Assembly: GCF_902652985.1 (NCBI RefSeq)
Contig: NC_047017.1
Coordinates: 50,096,001 to 50,160,000 of the forward strand
Reading direction: 5' to 3'
DNA length: 64,000 bases
From: Pecten maximus
Taxonomy: Eukaryota
Positions 12,610 through 44,580 of this stretch are shown piece by piece (position 1 is the first letter of the stretch; each line of letters begins with the position of its first letter). Under the pieces are notes generated by a model, which was not told the DNA's origin, did no database searches, and saw nothing but the letters and a program-made list of their open reading frames with translations. Both the position numbers and the translations under genes were made by a program.

Positions 12610-13537
12610 GGTAAGGTGTGATGACCAGTTTCCATCTAACAATTAAGGTTGTCTTTATCTAGTTAGATGACCATGTGTACACCTGTCCAGATCTTCACAC
12701 CTTACGAGGTAAACTGGGAGGAAGGGGTCATTATTGGGGTCAGTGTAAGTCTGTCTTTCTCCACACCCCTGTAATCACGCTTGATATACAGGTAAATATT
12801 GACCTGGAAGTTGGGTTGGGGGGGGGGGGGGGGGGGGGAATATCTTATATAACTGTTAAAAGAACTCCATGTATGACCAGGATTTAATGAGCCAGGTATA
12901 ACAAAAAAAAAGGTGGTTTACCAAATGGAAATTTAAGACTGATGTTAATCTGTAAATCTGTCAAAATTAGACATTTGATCTGGAATATGCTATCAAGGTG
13001 ATAAAACATTTTTTTGTAATGTATGTTAAGATAAATATAAACTGTTGGAAGAAAAGAATTTGAAACATTAAAACCAGTAGTACTTCGAGTACAAGATATT
13101 TCCAGTACACAATCAAACTTTACATTTTGAGAGACCACAAACAACTTGCCAAATACATTTTTGTTTATTACCAGTTTCTATTCATTTACGTGGCTTGTTA
13201 AAACTCTTCGAATCAAAGGAATGCTATCATACATTTTTCAACGAAGTGCCAGATCTATTCATTTTATATAGGGTTTACTGATAGAAAAAATCAATTATAT
13301 TAGATGCTGTTAGTTAACCAACTAAAAATGAACCAACAAAATAATAAGATGATATAAAGAAAGATAAAACAGTAACACATATCTTATTGTTTAAGGAGTC
13401 TAAATGTATAGGAGTATACATCTATCTATAAACATTATGTATACATCCGGTATACATCTATCTATAAACATTATGTATACATGCAGGTTACAGGTACATG
13501 TAATACATGTGGAACCAGGTAGGATTGGAGCCTGATA

Positions 13538-13594
13538 GGACTCCAGGTAAACTTGGAGTGCACTCCGAGTGCACTCCAAGTTTACCTGGAGTCC
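13538..13594. repeat. Perfect inverted repeat, 28-bp arms with 1-nt spacer
   Basis: GGACTCCAGGTAAACTTGGAGTGCACTC-C-GAGTGCACTCCAAGTTTACCTGGAGTCC; the core recurs at about 13600-13619. Confidence 0.9.
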
Positions 13595-16500
13595 AAACAG
13601 AGTGCACTCGGAGTGCACTTTGTGTAACCTTTAGTCTACACTCAACTGTATGTAGACTCAATTTACAAAAAATGCACATAGACTTTTCTCTTTAGTATGG
13701 ATCTTTGTACAGTGCGAGTAAACCAATCTTATCTCTATTGGTCCTCAGGGGTTCAGGGAAACACAATACATATACAGTACATGCACTCACACCCACATAC
13801 ACACTCACACAGGCATATCATACTTACTAATAGTGTCTTTCCATGGAAACGGTTGAGGATTGAAATACTGAAAAAGGGCAATAACTCTTTCAAAATATGG
13901 TCGGATCGGATATTATTCCTAAGGTAATTTTTACCTGATAGAGTAGGTGATACATTTAAGCATTTTATATAAAGTGATATATGTATGGATGTATATAAGT
14001 ACATGAACATGTAATTTAAAATGATTGGAAATGTGTGTTTTTAATCAGTTTTCTTTGGCCACATTATACAGCTTTCCTAGTTAATGTCCCTGTAGCGATT
14101 GCAATAAAACAACAATGGACGAACAAAAAATGTCTATGATCGTCTATCATTGATATATTGGTTAGTATCAGCAATAGTTGATATGACAATCGCTTATAAT
14201 TAAATTACCGCGAAATAAAAGCTGTTAATTTAATTCATCACGATAACTATTCATACAAAGAGTATAATTTTTCTCGGAAGGATTGGAAGGGTCAACAATT
14301 AAACCGCTACACTTGATATACTGTCGCAAGTAATTTGACACTAAGCAAATAATATAAGCTAATATACACTGTAATCTGAGAAGTGTTGATGATCACAACA
14401 GAAGAGCTTAATTCTTTCAAAATTCATATTCATAATTCATTTGTATATTGTTTATTGTCTATTGTAATGTCAAATCAACCGATTTTTTAAGAATAACAGT
14501 ACATGTATTGCACGAAATGTAAAGCTGCTGTCTGCATCTGTAAAATAATTAAGAAATAACATTGTAATTGCCTTTTTCGAAATAGTTTAGAAGGCAAATG
14601 TTTGATTTTGATGTTTCAGTTTTGCTCCCTTTTAAGTACACAACTGATATGCTTTTCTTCCTCATTGTATTATTACACTATGGTAGATATCAAATTCGTT
14701 ATTTTGCTCGCACGGGTATGGCGAATACAAAATATTAGTTAATACTCACGAAATCACGTTGTGTTAATACATTGTGTAGCACTTTAAGGTAGTGAGATCA
14801 ATGTACAATATTCATGTCTTGTTAACGTATGGAATATCTTGATTATACAAAGAGCAGATGAATCTCTTAACGTTCTATACATACTTCTCTGGCCGTCGGG
14901 AATCGCATGGTGAATTCAGAGTAAAAAATCGAATTGCATTGAGTGAGAAGTCATTGAAGGATTTAACTACGATAGACAGGTACTCTCACGTCATATGCTT
15001 TGAGCAATGTCTCAACCTCGCCATCAAACTATCAACGTTATGTCGAAGACAACAACAATTTGAACTTTAATGGGATCAATCATAAAATGCGATCTCCGGA
15101 GAGTTAAAGATCTCCAATCAAACGTCAAACCTACATTTCAGTAAACCTTATCATATATAATCATGATGAAATATATAAGGAAGATAACTCCCCTTTATGT
15201 GATAAAAATGCACAATAATGTGTGGTATTATTTTTACTTCCTTGGTAAGATCGTGTTTAGTTTCCTATAATCTAATATTTATCATAAAATATAACTACAA
15301 AATTATTATATGATTCAATTCATGACAAACTTTTCTTCAGAAATGTTCAAATTTCAATACTTTGATGTAAAAAATGCCACCCAAAGAAGATTCTTTCTTG
15401 TAATTAAAGTTTAAAAAAAAAATAAACTAGGATTCTTTCAATAACCATTAATTATATACAGATAGCTGTGATTGGTTTACATTCTTCTTTTGAAATTATT
15501 TTAGTAAATATACATCTTTTATCCCTGACTGAGCGGTTGAGCATTATTCATACATTTTTGCCATGTTTACAATTCTTGATAGCGTCAAGAACATTGTTGA
15601 TGTTTGAAATACCCACTTATATGCCATATTTGTGTGATATTATTCACAGCTGCCATTTGCATTTCAACGTTAAAATAGAATCAGTTTTTAAACATAGTAT
15701 CAAGTCAAATCTTGTAAAACCAATGCTCTTATTGTGTGCTTTAGACACTTGTGTGATACTTGTGAGCAAAACGGCATGACTATTTTGTGCAATATATCTG
15801 TGATACAAATGACCTAACGTGCATTTTTTGCATGTTTTTTTTTTTTTTAATTTAAAAACAACTTATATGATGTCAACAAAAGGCCCATAGTTTGCCACGA
15901 TACATACTAAAACTAACTAAGCTACTTTTTCCAATTGTACCATAGTAGGAATTTTTAGGCTTGTGAAATATCACTTTTACTGGATTTGCTATTTAGATGC
16001 CCCTTAACCCTTTCCCGATTATCGTAAATCACGCCTTTCAAATACATTGCATAGCCAAGAAATAGTTTTCAAATTAAGCTTTTCCCTCAATTTTAGATCT
16101 GCCGTGGTATGCTTGCGTTACTCTTTTTTAATCACTGAAAGTGGATGCTATTTTGTTTCCTACATGCAAATCTTGCAACAATTAGCATTTCTTTGATTTT
16201 CTAGGAATGAAAGCGATGTAAAAATAGGCTTGTTGCTTTATTTCTCCCTTTTAGTTTTGTTTTCTTACGTTTATTCTTTACATACTTTAGTTATTTTTCA
16301 TATCATCGTGATTAGTCTTTACTAACAATCCAGGAAAGTAAACTCTAAAATGAGTCAATCGTAGCCGTGCCTAACTTATCGTGACATAAACATACATAAT
16401 ACTGACCGATACCGGCTAACAACGAATCGTAGGTGGATCATACTTCGGAACACTTGTCACATGTCGATATTTGCATCTTTGTTGTTTTCTATGTTACAAT

Positions 16501-17332
16501 GTACAATTGAATATTTGTGTCTTCAGGAACGTATATATCCAATAGACATTTTGCTACTTTGCTTTGTCAGTACGCACACAATTGAGTAACGTCATTAGAC
16601 GGTAAATTTAATCATCTCTAAAACAAGCACTATTAGAACAAAGAGTAAATAATAGATGTCACTGTTTAGGTTTTGTTACTTTGAATCCTGGTACATTGAT
16701 TTGTTGTTTTTCAGTTCCACACATTGGTCTGGTGTTAAATGCATTGATCCCAAGCTTTTACAGTGTAATATATCTGACGGGAAAGCAGATTAAACTTGCG
16801 CTCGAGCCTTGCTTTTCATTTTAAGAATAAATTCGAATTCGAAATTCGTGTTTTGTTTTCTTAGTAGTACTCTTATCCTGTCTCTCTGATCAACTTATAA
16901 CAACACATTCTTTTAACAACGTAATTATTTATTTAACAAGGTTAATCAAGCACCATTAACAAAATAACAAATGTTTAAGCAGCTACCCGTGAAATTGATA
17001 ATACTCGTCATTACTGCACATATGTAAAAACACACAATAAAAAAATATATATGTCATATTCATACGAACACAAAGTTATTCATAAGCCCGAAAAAGTTCA
17101 TCATATCAGTATTTATATATTTTGCATACAATTGGATGTTCAATTTGATGTTTAAATGTATCAATATATTACTAATACTGTAGTTAATCCCTGATAATCC
17201 CTTTAATATAAACTTTCCTCGACATCAGCAATCTTAACATATATTGCTGTAATTTGAGTGTAACAATTACATACAAAATATATTCTGGTATTATCGTTAA
17301 AATTTTCCAAGATGTGAAACTACACATCTTTT

Positions 17333-24164
<6,832 letters not shown>

Positions 24165-24722
24165 ATCTGAAAATGTATTTAATCAAGTTATCAAGGAGAT
24201 TATATGCAATTTTTAGCGAAATATTTCTATTGTACCTTTTAAATTTTTGCTGTATATCATCTGTGTTACCTACGTTTTAACAATTAAATGGTAATAAGTT
24301 TGGTGTATAAAAAAAAGATTTCGTGCAATTCTTGACAATAAAAATAATAATTATGCAATTTTATGAAAATGACCTCCGTAAGATACAATGTTAATGTATG
24401 TTTATTTATTTTAAAGGAAAGATATAACATATTTTCCCCTAGAACAATTATTCATAGAATATATTAAATAGCAACCGCCATTGTACTCGCTGTTACATTT
24501 CATTCTATACCATTACAGTACACATATGAATGTTGCCAGTATTAGTAACGTATCAGCAGTATGTTTTCCCTTATTAAAAAATAATATGAGTAGTATTTGA
24601 TATATTAACCAGGTTTATCTGTGCCTGAACGTTTTCAACCGTGATTGGATGTAAAAGAAGTAAGCATGCGGCATTTTGCGAACAGCTTTAGGTATACCTG
24701 TAAGATATTATAACTTACTTAC

Positions 24723-24790
24723 CGGCTAGGTGTACCGATAATAGTTCCTTTCTCAAAATAATATTTCAAGTTGACGGCTATAAAGTTGAT
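24723..24790 (-). other. Probable non-coding first exon of copy A (equivalent donor in copy B at 37094)
   Basis: Strong donor CCG|GTAAGT at 24722; the ATG exon starts at acceptor TTTTCAG|AT-ATG (24166). Spliced together, an in-frame TGA precedes the ATG. Exon 5' end is approximate. Confidence 0.5.
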
Positions 24791-26314
24791 TCTAGGTCTG
24801 CTCCAAGCAAGCTGAATGACCCAACCAATGTGATACCTCATTATATATACCATTTTGGTCAAAATTCCGGAATTCAACATGCTTCTGATATCCCTGGGTA
24901 TGAAAAAAGGGGAATTTATTCTGACTAAATATAGACGGAGTATCGTTCCATTCAGTACGTAGTGGCATATTATCGAAGTCCCGTGACGTAGCTATTGTTA
25001 CCGTAAATAGATCATCTCTCTGTGAGCCCTGAGCGACCAAGTATATATCAATAGAGATTTAAATGCCGCGTGGGACACGGTTACTATTTACATGTTATGT
25101 TGTCAAGTGATAGTCATTGATCGACATTGCTGTTACAGCTTTCCTCTGTACTTTCCAGATAAATTTACCAGACAGACGGGTCATGTTAAAGAAAATAAAC
25201 AAGAGATGGAATATGCTGAATATGAGGTATAGATTCGTAAGGCTTGACTCCTTATTGTTAGTCATGCTCGACTTTACAGAACTATACAACACGTGTTATT
25301 TGCAAATGTGTTATGAGGAGTGCTTCAACACATTCTTATTATCATGGATGTTTAATGTTTTATCCCCATTTTGAAGTCGCATGCAGAAATGGAGACATAT
25401 TGAACTGTACTTAATATCTATATAAGATAAGAAATTAAAAAACAGTAGCCATCTGTCAATGCAATGTTGGTATTTTAGGTGTATGGTGTGTGAAGGAATT
25501 ATGTAATATCAATAAAGATACATCTGCATAGCAAACAAATTTCCAGTTTTTTTATGATTTCATAGTAAAAACTGTCTTTATTGATCATTGATACTCTTCT
25601 CTACTCTGACTTATTCCATAACTATGTATCACGACTCGTTTTCATTTGTGTTTACATATATGCTATCTTTTTCATTGTGTTTCTTTTTAAAAAGAATATA
25701 AGCTTGCCTTGTGTTATTTAATCCATTGTCCCTATCAACTGCCTTTATATCTATCTGTCATTCCTTTGATGTTCAATGCTATACCGTGTATCCTATCCGA
25801 TGGTAGTGTTGTGAGAAGTACGTTATATGACCCTTGATTTCTATATCTCTACCATAGACAAAAATACTTTGTATATACATGTAGATGTAATCTTATTAAA
25901 GTATTACACTACTACGTTCCAATATGCGTCCACCGCAATGTTATATCGTGAGTTATACATGTATATTCAAATACTTTTCGGGTAAAGCATATTGAAAACA
26001 TATGCAAACAACTTTGATAGCATCATAATAACTAACTACATAATACTACTTACCATATACCTAAATTGGAGCATGACACTTGTACTTCCTATAATACGCC
26101 AGCATAAGCTTTGATACTGCCGTTTCACAGAAATATTATCAAATCTAATAACGGAATACTAAATGAGTATATAGGTATTATATTTATGACAATCAGTTGA
26201 TATCAATAAATGACCGGTATGGATCAATAATTGGCAATCATTTTGTATGAGCTTGTACTTTTGGTATACTGTAGACGGCTTCAACTCAACTCTGATAATA
26301 ATGTGAAAACCCAT

Positions 26315-26535
26315 AGTAAAAGGATCATGTGGGCCATGTAAATGGATCACGGAGGCCTTGTAAATGGATCACGGAGGCCTTGTAAATGGATCATAGAGGG
26401 TTTGTAAATGGATCGTGGAGGCCTTGTAAATGGATCATGGAGGCCTTGTAAAAGGATCATGGAGGCCTTGTAAATGGATCACGGAGGCCTTGTAAATGGA
26501 TCATGGAGGCCTTGTAAATGGATCATGGAGGCCTT
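26315..26535. repeat. 22-bp minisatellite (about 10 copies)
   Basis: Unit GGAGGCCTTGTAAATGGATCA(C/T). Confidence 0.92.
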
Positions 26536-27484
26536 TTATAACTTCTGAAATATTGTGATTGATTATCTATATAATATTGCTATGGAACTTGTGTTATTTC
26601 TTAAACAAATTCATTTTAATAATTTGTAAATTTTGAATTTTCATTAAGTCATGATCAAGACTGGAAATTCTCACTACTCCATACTTCAAACACGGAATAA
26701 TCAATGAATTGATGAATTGAAAATTGAAGTCAAGGCAATGAGTTAATATTTTCCTAAATATTTTTTCAATATACAACAAATGTTCAGATGACTATTGGTG
26801 CCATGCTGTCACAAGATTTCAATTACAATTCTAAACTTGAATTAGTATGCAAATATATGCTAGCCTGTCAATATCCACAAAGCGAGTGCAGTTTACTGTA
26901 CTCAAAGTCATGCCAGTAGATAGCGGTACTTATACTTATTGCCTACATCTAGTGCTTATTTGTGTGAACAATAAAACAATAACAAAATGGTTCATATACT
27001 TCTATTTGATTTCACAAAATACGCCGAGTCTGAAGATCTGAATGAAGCGAATAAACGATGTATTAAGTTACTTTTATGAAATATTCAAGTCATAGATCAT
27101 TCTCTTTTAAAAATATCGATTTCGGGTCCATTTTGGTAATTCAACTATGACGGCAATCAGACGGCGAATTGCGAATGATTAAAAATTAATTTAAAATTCT
27201 TCTCGGTCAAATAAACCCCTAATATTTTACATGTGATACATTTGGACATTGGAGAACATATAATTGTGTCCATTCTCTGAAAATAATGCCAATTTAAGCA
27301 CTATTTTTCTCCGTTTTCGTAATTCCAAGTCAATATAAGCCTGTTCCCCCTGCCCATTTTTTAATTTGATTTTATTATCATGGTAGAAAGTACAGAATAG
27401 AGCTTCCATGACCGAAGGTGAAATAAAACTTGCAAATATCCTTTGTATCATTCCAATTTTGATCAAACGTGTGTGTATATATAC

Positions 27485-38723
<11,239 letters not shown>

Positions 38724-39283
38724 GATTGTGAGAAAGATCGGGAAAGATAAGTTCAAACTGTTGCTGTATTGACATTCCTACGTTGTGCTGAGAACTATAT
38801 ATATATGTTCGATGTAACTTCAAAGCCATTGTGTACTCGCTATCATCCGAATGCGTAATCGATGTATTTACCTTTAACGCTGAGAAGACCCGATAGATAG
38901 TATATACACGAATATGGAACACTCCCGAACTTAATCGATCCGACATTTCGTCAAACTCAACACCATCTCCTTCATTAGTAAGAAACATTAAACGGCCAAT
39001 ATCTACCGATATATCAAGCGAAAGTGACATCAACTCATCATACTCCACATTTGTTATACATACTATGTCGTCATATCTCATATCTGTTCCACCAACTTAT
39101 CGCTAGCCAAAACCAACTCCAACAGCAACTTCTGATGAATGCGTTATCATTAACACGGGGGTCTTTCCCCAGCAATTAATACAGCCGAGTACAGTGGGTA
39201 TAACAGACTCGGACGTTGATGGTATAACTAAAGATGTTAGGAACCTATTGTTCGATGACATCAACGTTGTAGTTTAGAACCAA

Positions 39284-39339
<56 letters not shown>

Positions 39340-39819
39340 CTCATTCTCTCTCTGCTCGTGTAAAATCCCTCAAGGAAAAAAAATGTAACTTTCAGACATC
39401 AAATCAATGACGTTGAACAGTTTGGTCGACGTTTACTTATAATATTGTTTGGTTTCCCAGTGAACGACCAGGAACATGCTAATGACATCGTGCTACAGGT
39501 CTCTATGTACAGCATGTGGCCCCAATTTGGCCCGAGCGTTACCCTATTGCTTCTGGACACACTATGGAAACTTGATACTTGTCTGTTACATGACATTGTA
39601 CGTTGGTCACAATACTTACCTATATATACATGTACATTATTATAACAATAGCTAAGTGTCAATAAATGTCTAACATCTGTAAAGAAAAGCATTAGTTCCT
39701 CTAGGTAACTACATTTACATTTTGTACTTTACGCAAATACAAAAGTAAGTTTCTCACTTATCCTGCGAATTGAAAATATATTGTTGTCTGTAAAGGTATA
39801 CAGAAATGTATAAGTAAAC

Positions 39820-39975
39820 AGAGACAGTATCGTGTGTCACGGAAAACAAAGATACAGTGTCGTTTGTCACGAAAATTTAAAATATAGTGTTGTTTGTAAA
39901 GGTTTATACTTCAAAAGATACAGTATCGTGTGTCACGGAATACAAAGTTACAGTGTCGTTTGTCACGGTAATTTA
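39820..39975. repeat. Short degenerate tandem repeat (about 30-bp units)
   Basis: Recurring ACAGT(A/G)TCGT(G/T)TGTCACG motif. Confidence 0.7.
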
Positions 39976-40717
39976 AAATAAGTCTATGTGAGTAACAAAA
40001 ACCTTATTGACAAATGCAGTGAAGGTGAGAGTTTCTAAGATCATTCCATTATAAATTTCAAGTATTCCGACTTTTCAAGGACATTGTTTCAATGACACAT
40101 ATGGTTATACAAACATGGAAATTACGACCTTTATAGACCAACACTTTCTCTCATTGACTTCGACTTCACGGATATTATCCTGAACTAAGTCTTGTAATCC
40201 TAACAATCTCATCACTGCCTGACCGAGTGACCCCCATGGATGACCAATGGAATAAGGACATTGATTCGTAATAGACGCCAGGTACACAAGAAGGCTAAAA
40301 TTACAAATACATCACGTTATTAGACAAAATTTCGGCACGTGCGTAACTTTTGTTTTAACGCTATGTGAACAACTTAAAATTTCCCACTATGCAGACTCCT
40401 AAAAATGGTAGAGATCCATAAAAATCTTAACTTTTGATCAAGACTATCGCCATTGAAAAATCTTCCCTGGTAAAATTTTTACGACAGATTGAATGAAATT
40501 GACCAATTTTTGCAGGACGGAGGAGTTCCAGACCTTTCTCTATATATATTAGTCTATAATCAGTCGTGGACTTATAAACGTGCTAAGTACCTATGGATGG
40601 TCGCAGTACAAGTAGGCCTATATGTACTGAGATGACCGATGTCCATGGTGTAAGTTTTGAACTGCACTGATAATATACATATAGGCCTATATCAATGTTT
40701 TGTTTACTCCGGATAGA

Positions 40718-41056
40718 TATAGAGGATATCTAACAGTGTCTTCAGTAATACCAAATATATTTGGTATTACTGAAGACACTGTTAGATATTCTGTTTATTA
40801 CATTTTTTATCAACGAAAAACCTACCCCGTATGCTAACTAGGCCTACAGCTATAATTTGTAAACCAAAAAAGTACTTTCCCCTGTGAAGGTGCTGACATA
40901 TATGTCGGGCTTTCTGATTGGTCAATTATTTTGGTATTTTCTAATCATTAATTTGATTGGTCAAATCAGCAAAAGTGATATTTTTCACTAGTGAAAAATA
41001 TCACTTTTATAGAATGAATAATTTTTGATATTTCACTGGTAAAAATGTAATAAATA
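40718..41056. mobile_element. Non-autonomous palindromic DNA element (family uncertain, possibly Crypton-like)
   Basis: 64-bp perfect palindrome at 40726-40789; second palindrome GTGATATTTTTCACTAGTGAAAAATATCAC near 40975-41004; terminal AAAAATGTAATAAA is the inverse of TTTATTACATTTTT at about 40794. Confidence 0.5.
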
Positions 41057-41064
41057 GGAATATT

Positions 41065-41430
41065 TTCAAATTTCAAATTCGTAGCCGCGACAGCCATCTT
41101 TGATTTCGGGAAAAAAATAATGTCTCAAAATAATCTTCACATGTTTATCTTTATTCCCACAGAGTTTCATTTCAGTTCAACCAACGGTTATAGAGTTATA
41201 GCCCATTACATTTTAGCCAATTATGGGCTCTGGTGGCCATATTGGATGTCAGATCGAAAAATAAATAGTGAGGTGCACAACTTAAGATTGCCATCTATTT
41301 TCACGCAAAGTTTCATTTCAATCCGACTTACAGGGTTCGAAAAACGCGTCGGACAAAACTTGGCGGAAGAATAATAATAAGAAACGGAGTAACAACAATA
41401 AGTCCCCAAATTTTGTTTGGGGGACTTAAT
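41065..41430 (+). mobile_element. 3' part of a Helentron-associated / DINE-1-like non-autonomous element
   Basis: Two related core subrepeats (GCCATCTTTGATT / GCCATATTGGAT; AGTTTCATTTCA twice), an (AAT)n stretch and a terminal stem-loop TAAGTCCCC-AAATTTTGTTTG-GGGGACTTA. Confidence 0.6.
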
Positions 41431-41439
41431 AAGTACATG

Positions 41440-41727
41440 TTCTCTGAGCAACTGTCATTCGAACGTGTACATTTAGAAGCCGCCAGAATAGTTACTGGTG
41501 CTAATAAATTAACTAATATTGAAAAACTGTATATTGAGGTAGGTTAGCCTTAATTGATCGACAGAAGACAAAACCACAGAATCATCCCATTTCATCAAAT
41601 GCATTATCATAATACACCTGTATACCATAGCAATCTTGTTCCTAACCCAATTTACATCAGGTCACAATTATAGGACTAGACAGTCTGAAAATATTACACA
41701 GATTCGTTGTAGAACTAGCATTATATG
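41440..41727 (+). mobile_element. CR1-group LINE ORF2 fragment, 5' portion (decayed)
   Basis: Translates to ERVHLEAARIVTGANKLTNIEKLYIEVG*..LIDRRQNHRII.FHQM...NTPVY.SNLVP, a typical post-RT region, with stops. Confidence 0.7.
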
Positions 41728-41744
41728 CATTTTTCCATTCCCAT

Positions 41745-44580
41745 AGTAAAACTTTACATAATAATGTTCAATCAGCTATAAATCAGGGCGGAAATATATC
41801 TTCTTTCATAGATATGATGGAGGGGCTGTCGACAGGGGGACCCGATCGCCCCATATCTGTTTATACTTTGTGCAGTGAAATTGAGAAATAATAAAAAAAA
41901 TAACAAGTATTAATGTTGAAAATATCTTTTTATCACATTATGCCGATGACACGTCACCTCCCTTATACTTGATGGGACAGAGAAATCATTAAAGGAAGCA
42001 ATTAAAGAATTAAATGAATTTGCAAAAAAATTCTTAGTTGAAATGAATATTTATAAAACTCAGGTAATATGGATTGGCAGCAAGAAGTATAGCGAAGATT
42101 CTCTTTTACCTGAACTTAATTTGTAGTGGGTCAAGACAAAAATTGCGTTGTTAGGGATTGAATTTAATGTGAATCTTCATGAAATACCTAAACTTAACTT
42201 TGACAAAAAACTCTTTGGACTAAAATCTTTAATTAAAATTTGGACCAGAAGATCATTAACACCTATTGGAAAAATTCATATAATTAAATCATTGCTCATT
42301 TCACAATTTAACCACCTGTTTATAGCATTACCTAATCCAGATAATAAATTTGTTGGCAAACTCAACTCATTATTATTATTTGAACATTTATGGAATGGGA
42401 AACCAGACATCGTTAAAAGAGAAATTATTACTAAAATTATGCAGATGGGGGATTGAAGATGGTAAATCACTTACTGCATTTATTAACTCTCTTAAACTTA
42501 CTTGGATCAGAAGATTCTATCAGACTAGTGAAAAATGGCAGGCTATACTTAGACTTTTATTAACACTGATCTTCTTTCAAATTTTAGTTCTGAATATATT
42601 AAAATATTTGAAAATAATTGTAAAGATAAATTCTGGTGTGATGTTCTTTAGGCGTTCTACTTACTAAGTTCAAAATACCATGATAACTTCCTCAGGAAAA
42701 CATATTAAAATCGCCCATCTGGTATAACAGCAAAATCAAGATAGGTTGGAAAGTTGTGTTTTATAAAAATATAGTACCAGAAAGGTATTTTATTATGAAG
42801 GAGGTTGACACAGATTTGTTTTTTTCACATATGAAGAATTTATTGAAAAATACCAAGTTAATACATTTTTTTTACAGTATCAAGGTCTTGTATCTGCTAC
42901 TAAATAATTTATTACTTCATCTAATGCACACAGAAAAAAAGTTGCCTATCCTTACATTCCTTTCAATTTACTTTTTTTTCTTCGAGACAGGAAAGGGTTA
43001 AACATTTTTTACAACTCTATAATCGAATCAGACATTATACCATCTGGCACTAGAAAATGGAAATACCATCTTCAACAACATAGATCACCAAATGTGGGGT
43101 AAAATATATAAAATGCCTTTATGTGTTACAACAAATACAAAATTACAGTGGTTTTATTTCAGAGTAGTTCACCATATCCTAACAACAAACTCACGTTTTT
43201 TTTAAATTGGACTAGTTGTCTCCCCTCTATGCATACTAAGGAACTCTGAGCCAGAAACAATAACTTATATATTATGGGAATGTGAGGAAGTTCAAAGTTT
43301 ACTTGAAAGTTATGACAAATTATTGGAAGCTCTTTTAATTCCTTTCTCAGTAAACAAAACATCTTTTCTATTTGGCCTTTAACATAAGAATTTCCTTCCT
43401 AGTTATAGAGTGGATAATGAAATCATAATTATCATAAAGCAGTATATTTATAGAAGGAGATGTTTACATAAATCATTAAATATTAATGTTCTTATCAATT
43501 TAATACCTTAAATTTGAAAATGAATGGAGAAAATGGGAAAAACTAATTAAGGTATAATTCTGAATTCATCTGATATATTTATTCTTTTTTATGCTTCTAT
43601 GTATTTATTCATTTATTGTGACTTGTACAAGTATCACTTGTGTTTTTCTCAGCCTAAGCCCTTCAAAAAGCCGAAATGTTATCTATGTAATATAGTTCTA
43701 TAATGTGAAATATACATGAACATCTATTTGTGTGAGTATTTGTTTAGTACGGTTCCTCCATCTCCATCTTGCCCCAACCTACCCTATCCTTTTTCTCCCG
43801 TTTCTCTATGCTTTCTTTCCACTTGTTCTCGTTATTTTTCCTTGGAAGTTATCAACTCCAGTTCCTTTTCTATTATAAATGCAATGCAATGCACTTTATG
43901 TTTTCCCTCTAAAATCTGCATTAATCTTCTAAAAATCTTTTTGCCACTTAATTGATTTCCTTGTTGTCATTCTTTACTGATATCTCATTACTTTTTTCTC
44001 TTTATCACGCTGTAGTATGTATATATTTATGGTATATACATGGAAATAAATATGCCCCTAGCAGAGATTTTCCTAGTGTGCTATGTATCTGTGTGCATAT
44101 AAATATGAAAATCTTGAGGTGTACTATATTAGAATGTTAAATCTGACATATGTTTGTTTATGTATGTGTGTTTGTGAGTATATTAATAAGATACGTTTAT
44201 ATATAAATATATTTCATAACGGATATGTGTACGTGTTTATGAGCATGCAAGTATTTAAATGTGATATATGAATATTTAATATTGTGTGAGTATACAGCTG
44301 TACAAATAAGATATTTATATTTCATACATGATGTGTGTACATGCTTGCCATTATGGTTATGAAATAAGAAATGTATATCATAGGATGTGTGTGGTATATA
44401 TATGCAAATAATATATGTGTGTGAATTTCATATAGTGTTTCTGTATATATGTGGGAGAAAGCAAACGAGATTTATAAATAGGGTTTGTGTATGTATGTAT
44501 GAGTATGTAAAGGAGTATTTGTATGTTATGTACTTTGCATTGACCAAAACAATGAATAAAAAGATAATTATGAAAAAAAG
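41745..44580 (+). mobile_element. 5'-truncated, decayed L1/Tx1-clade LINE
   Basis: RT motifs GCRQGDPIAPYLFILCA and HYADDT; WTRRSLTPIGKIHIIKSLLISQFNHLFIALPNP; FINSLKLTWIRR; many frameshifts; long AT-rich 3' UTR ending AATAAA plus A-rich tail at about 44556-44579. Confidence 0.85.

Noticed and set aside
24975-25075. CRE-like TGACGT and XRE-core GCGTG upstream of copies A/B
   Set aside because: Five- to six-base motifs expected by chance; start site unconfirmed.
24792-25374. ORFs upstream of copy A, repeated at 37164-37746, as missing TMD0 exons or small genes
   Set aside because: Shared only because of the recent duplication; no TMD0-like helix series and no counterpart seen upstream of copy C.
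43700-44560. Several short hydrophobic ORFs
   Set aside because: Low-complexity AT/GT-rich 3' UTR of the L1/Tx1 element.
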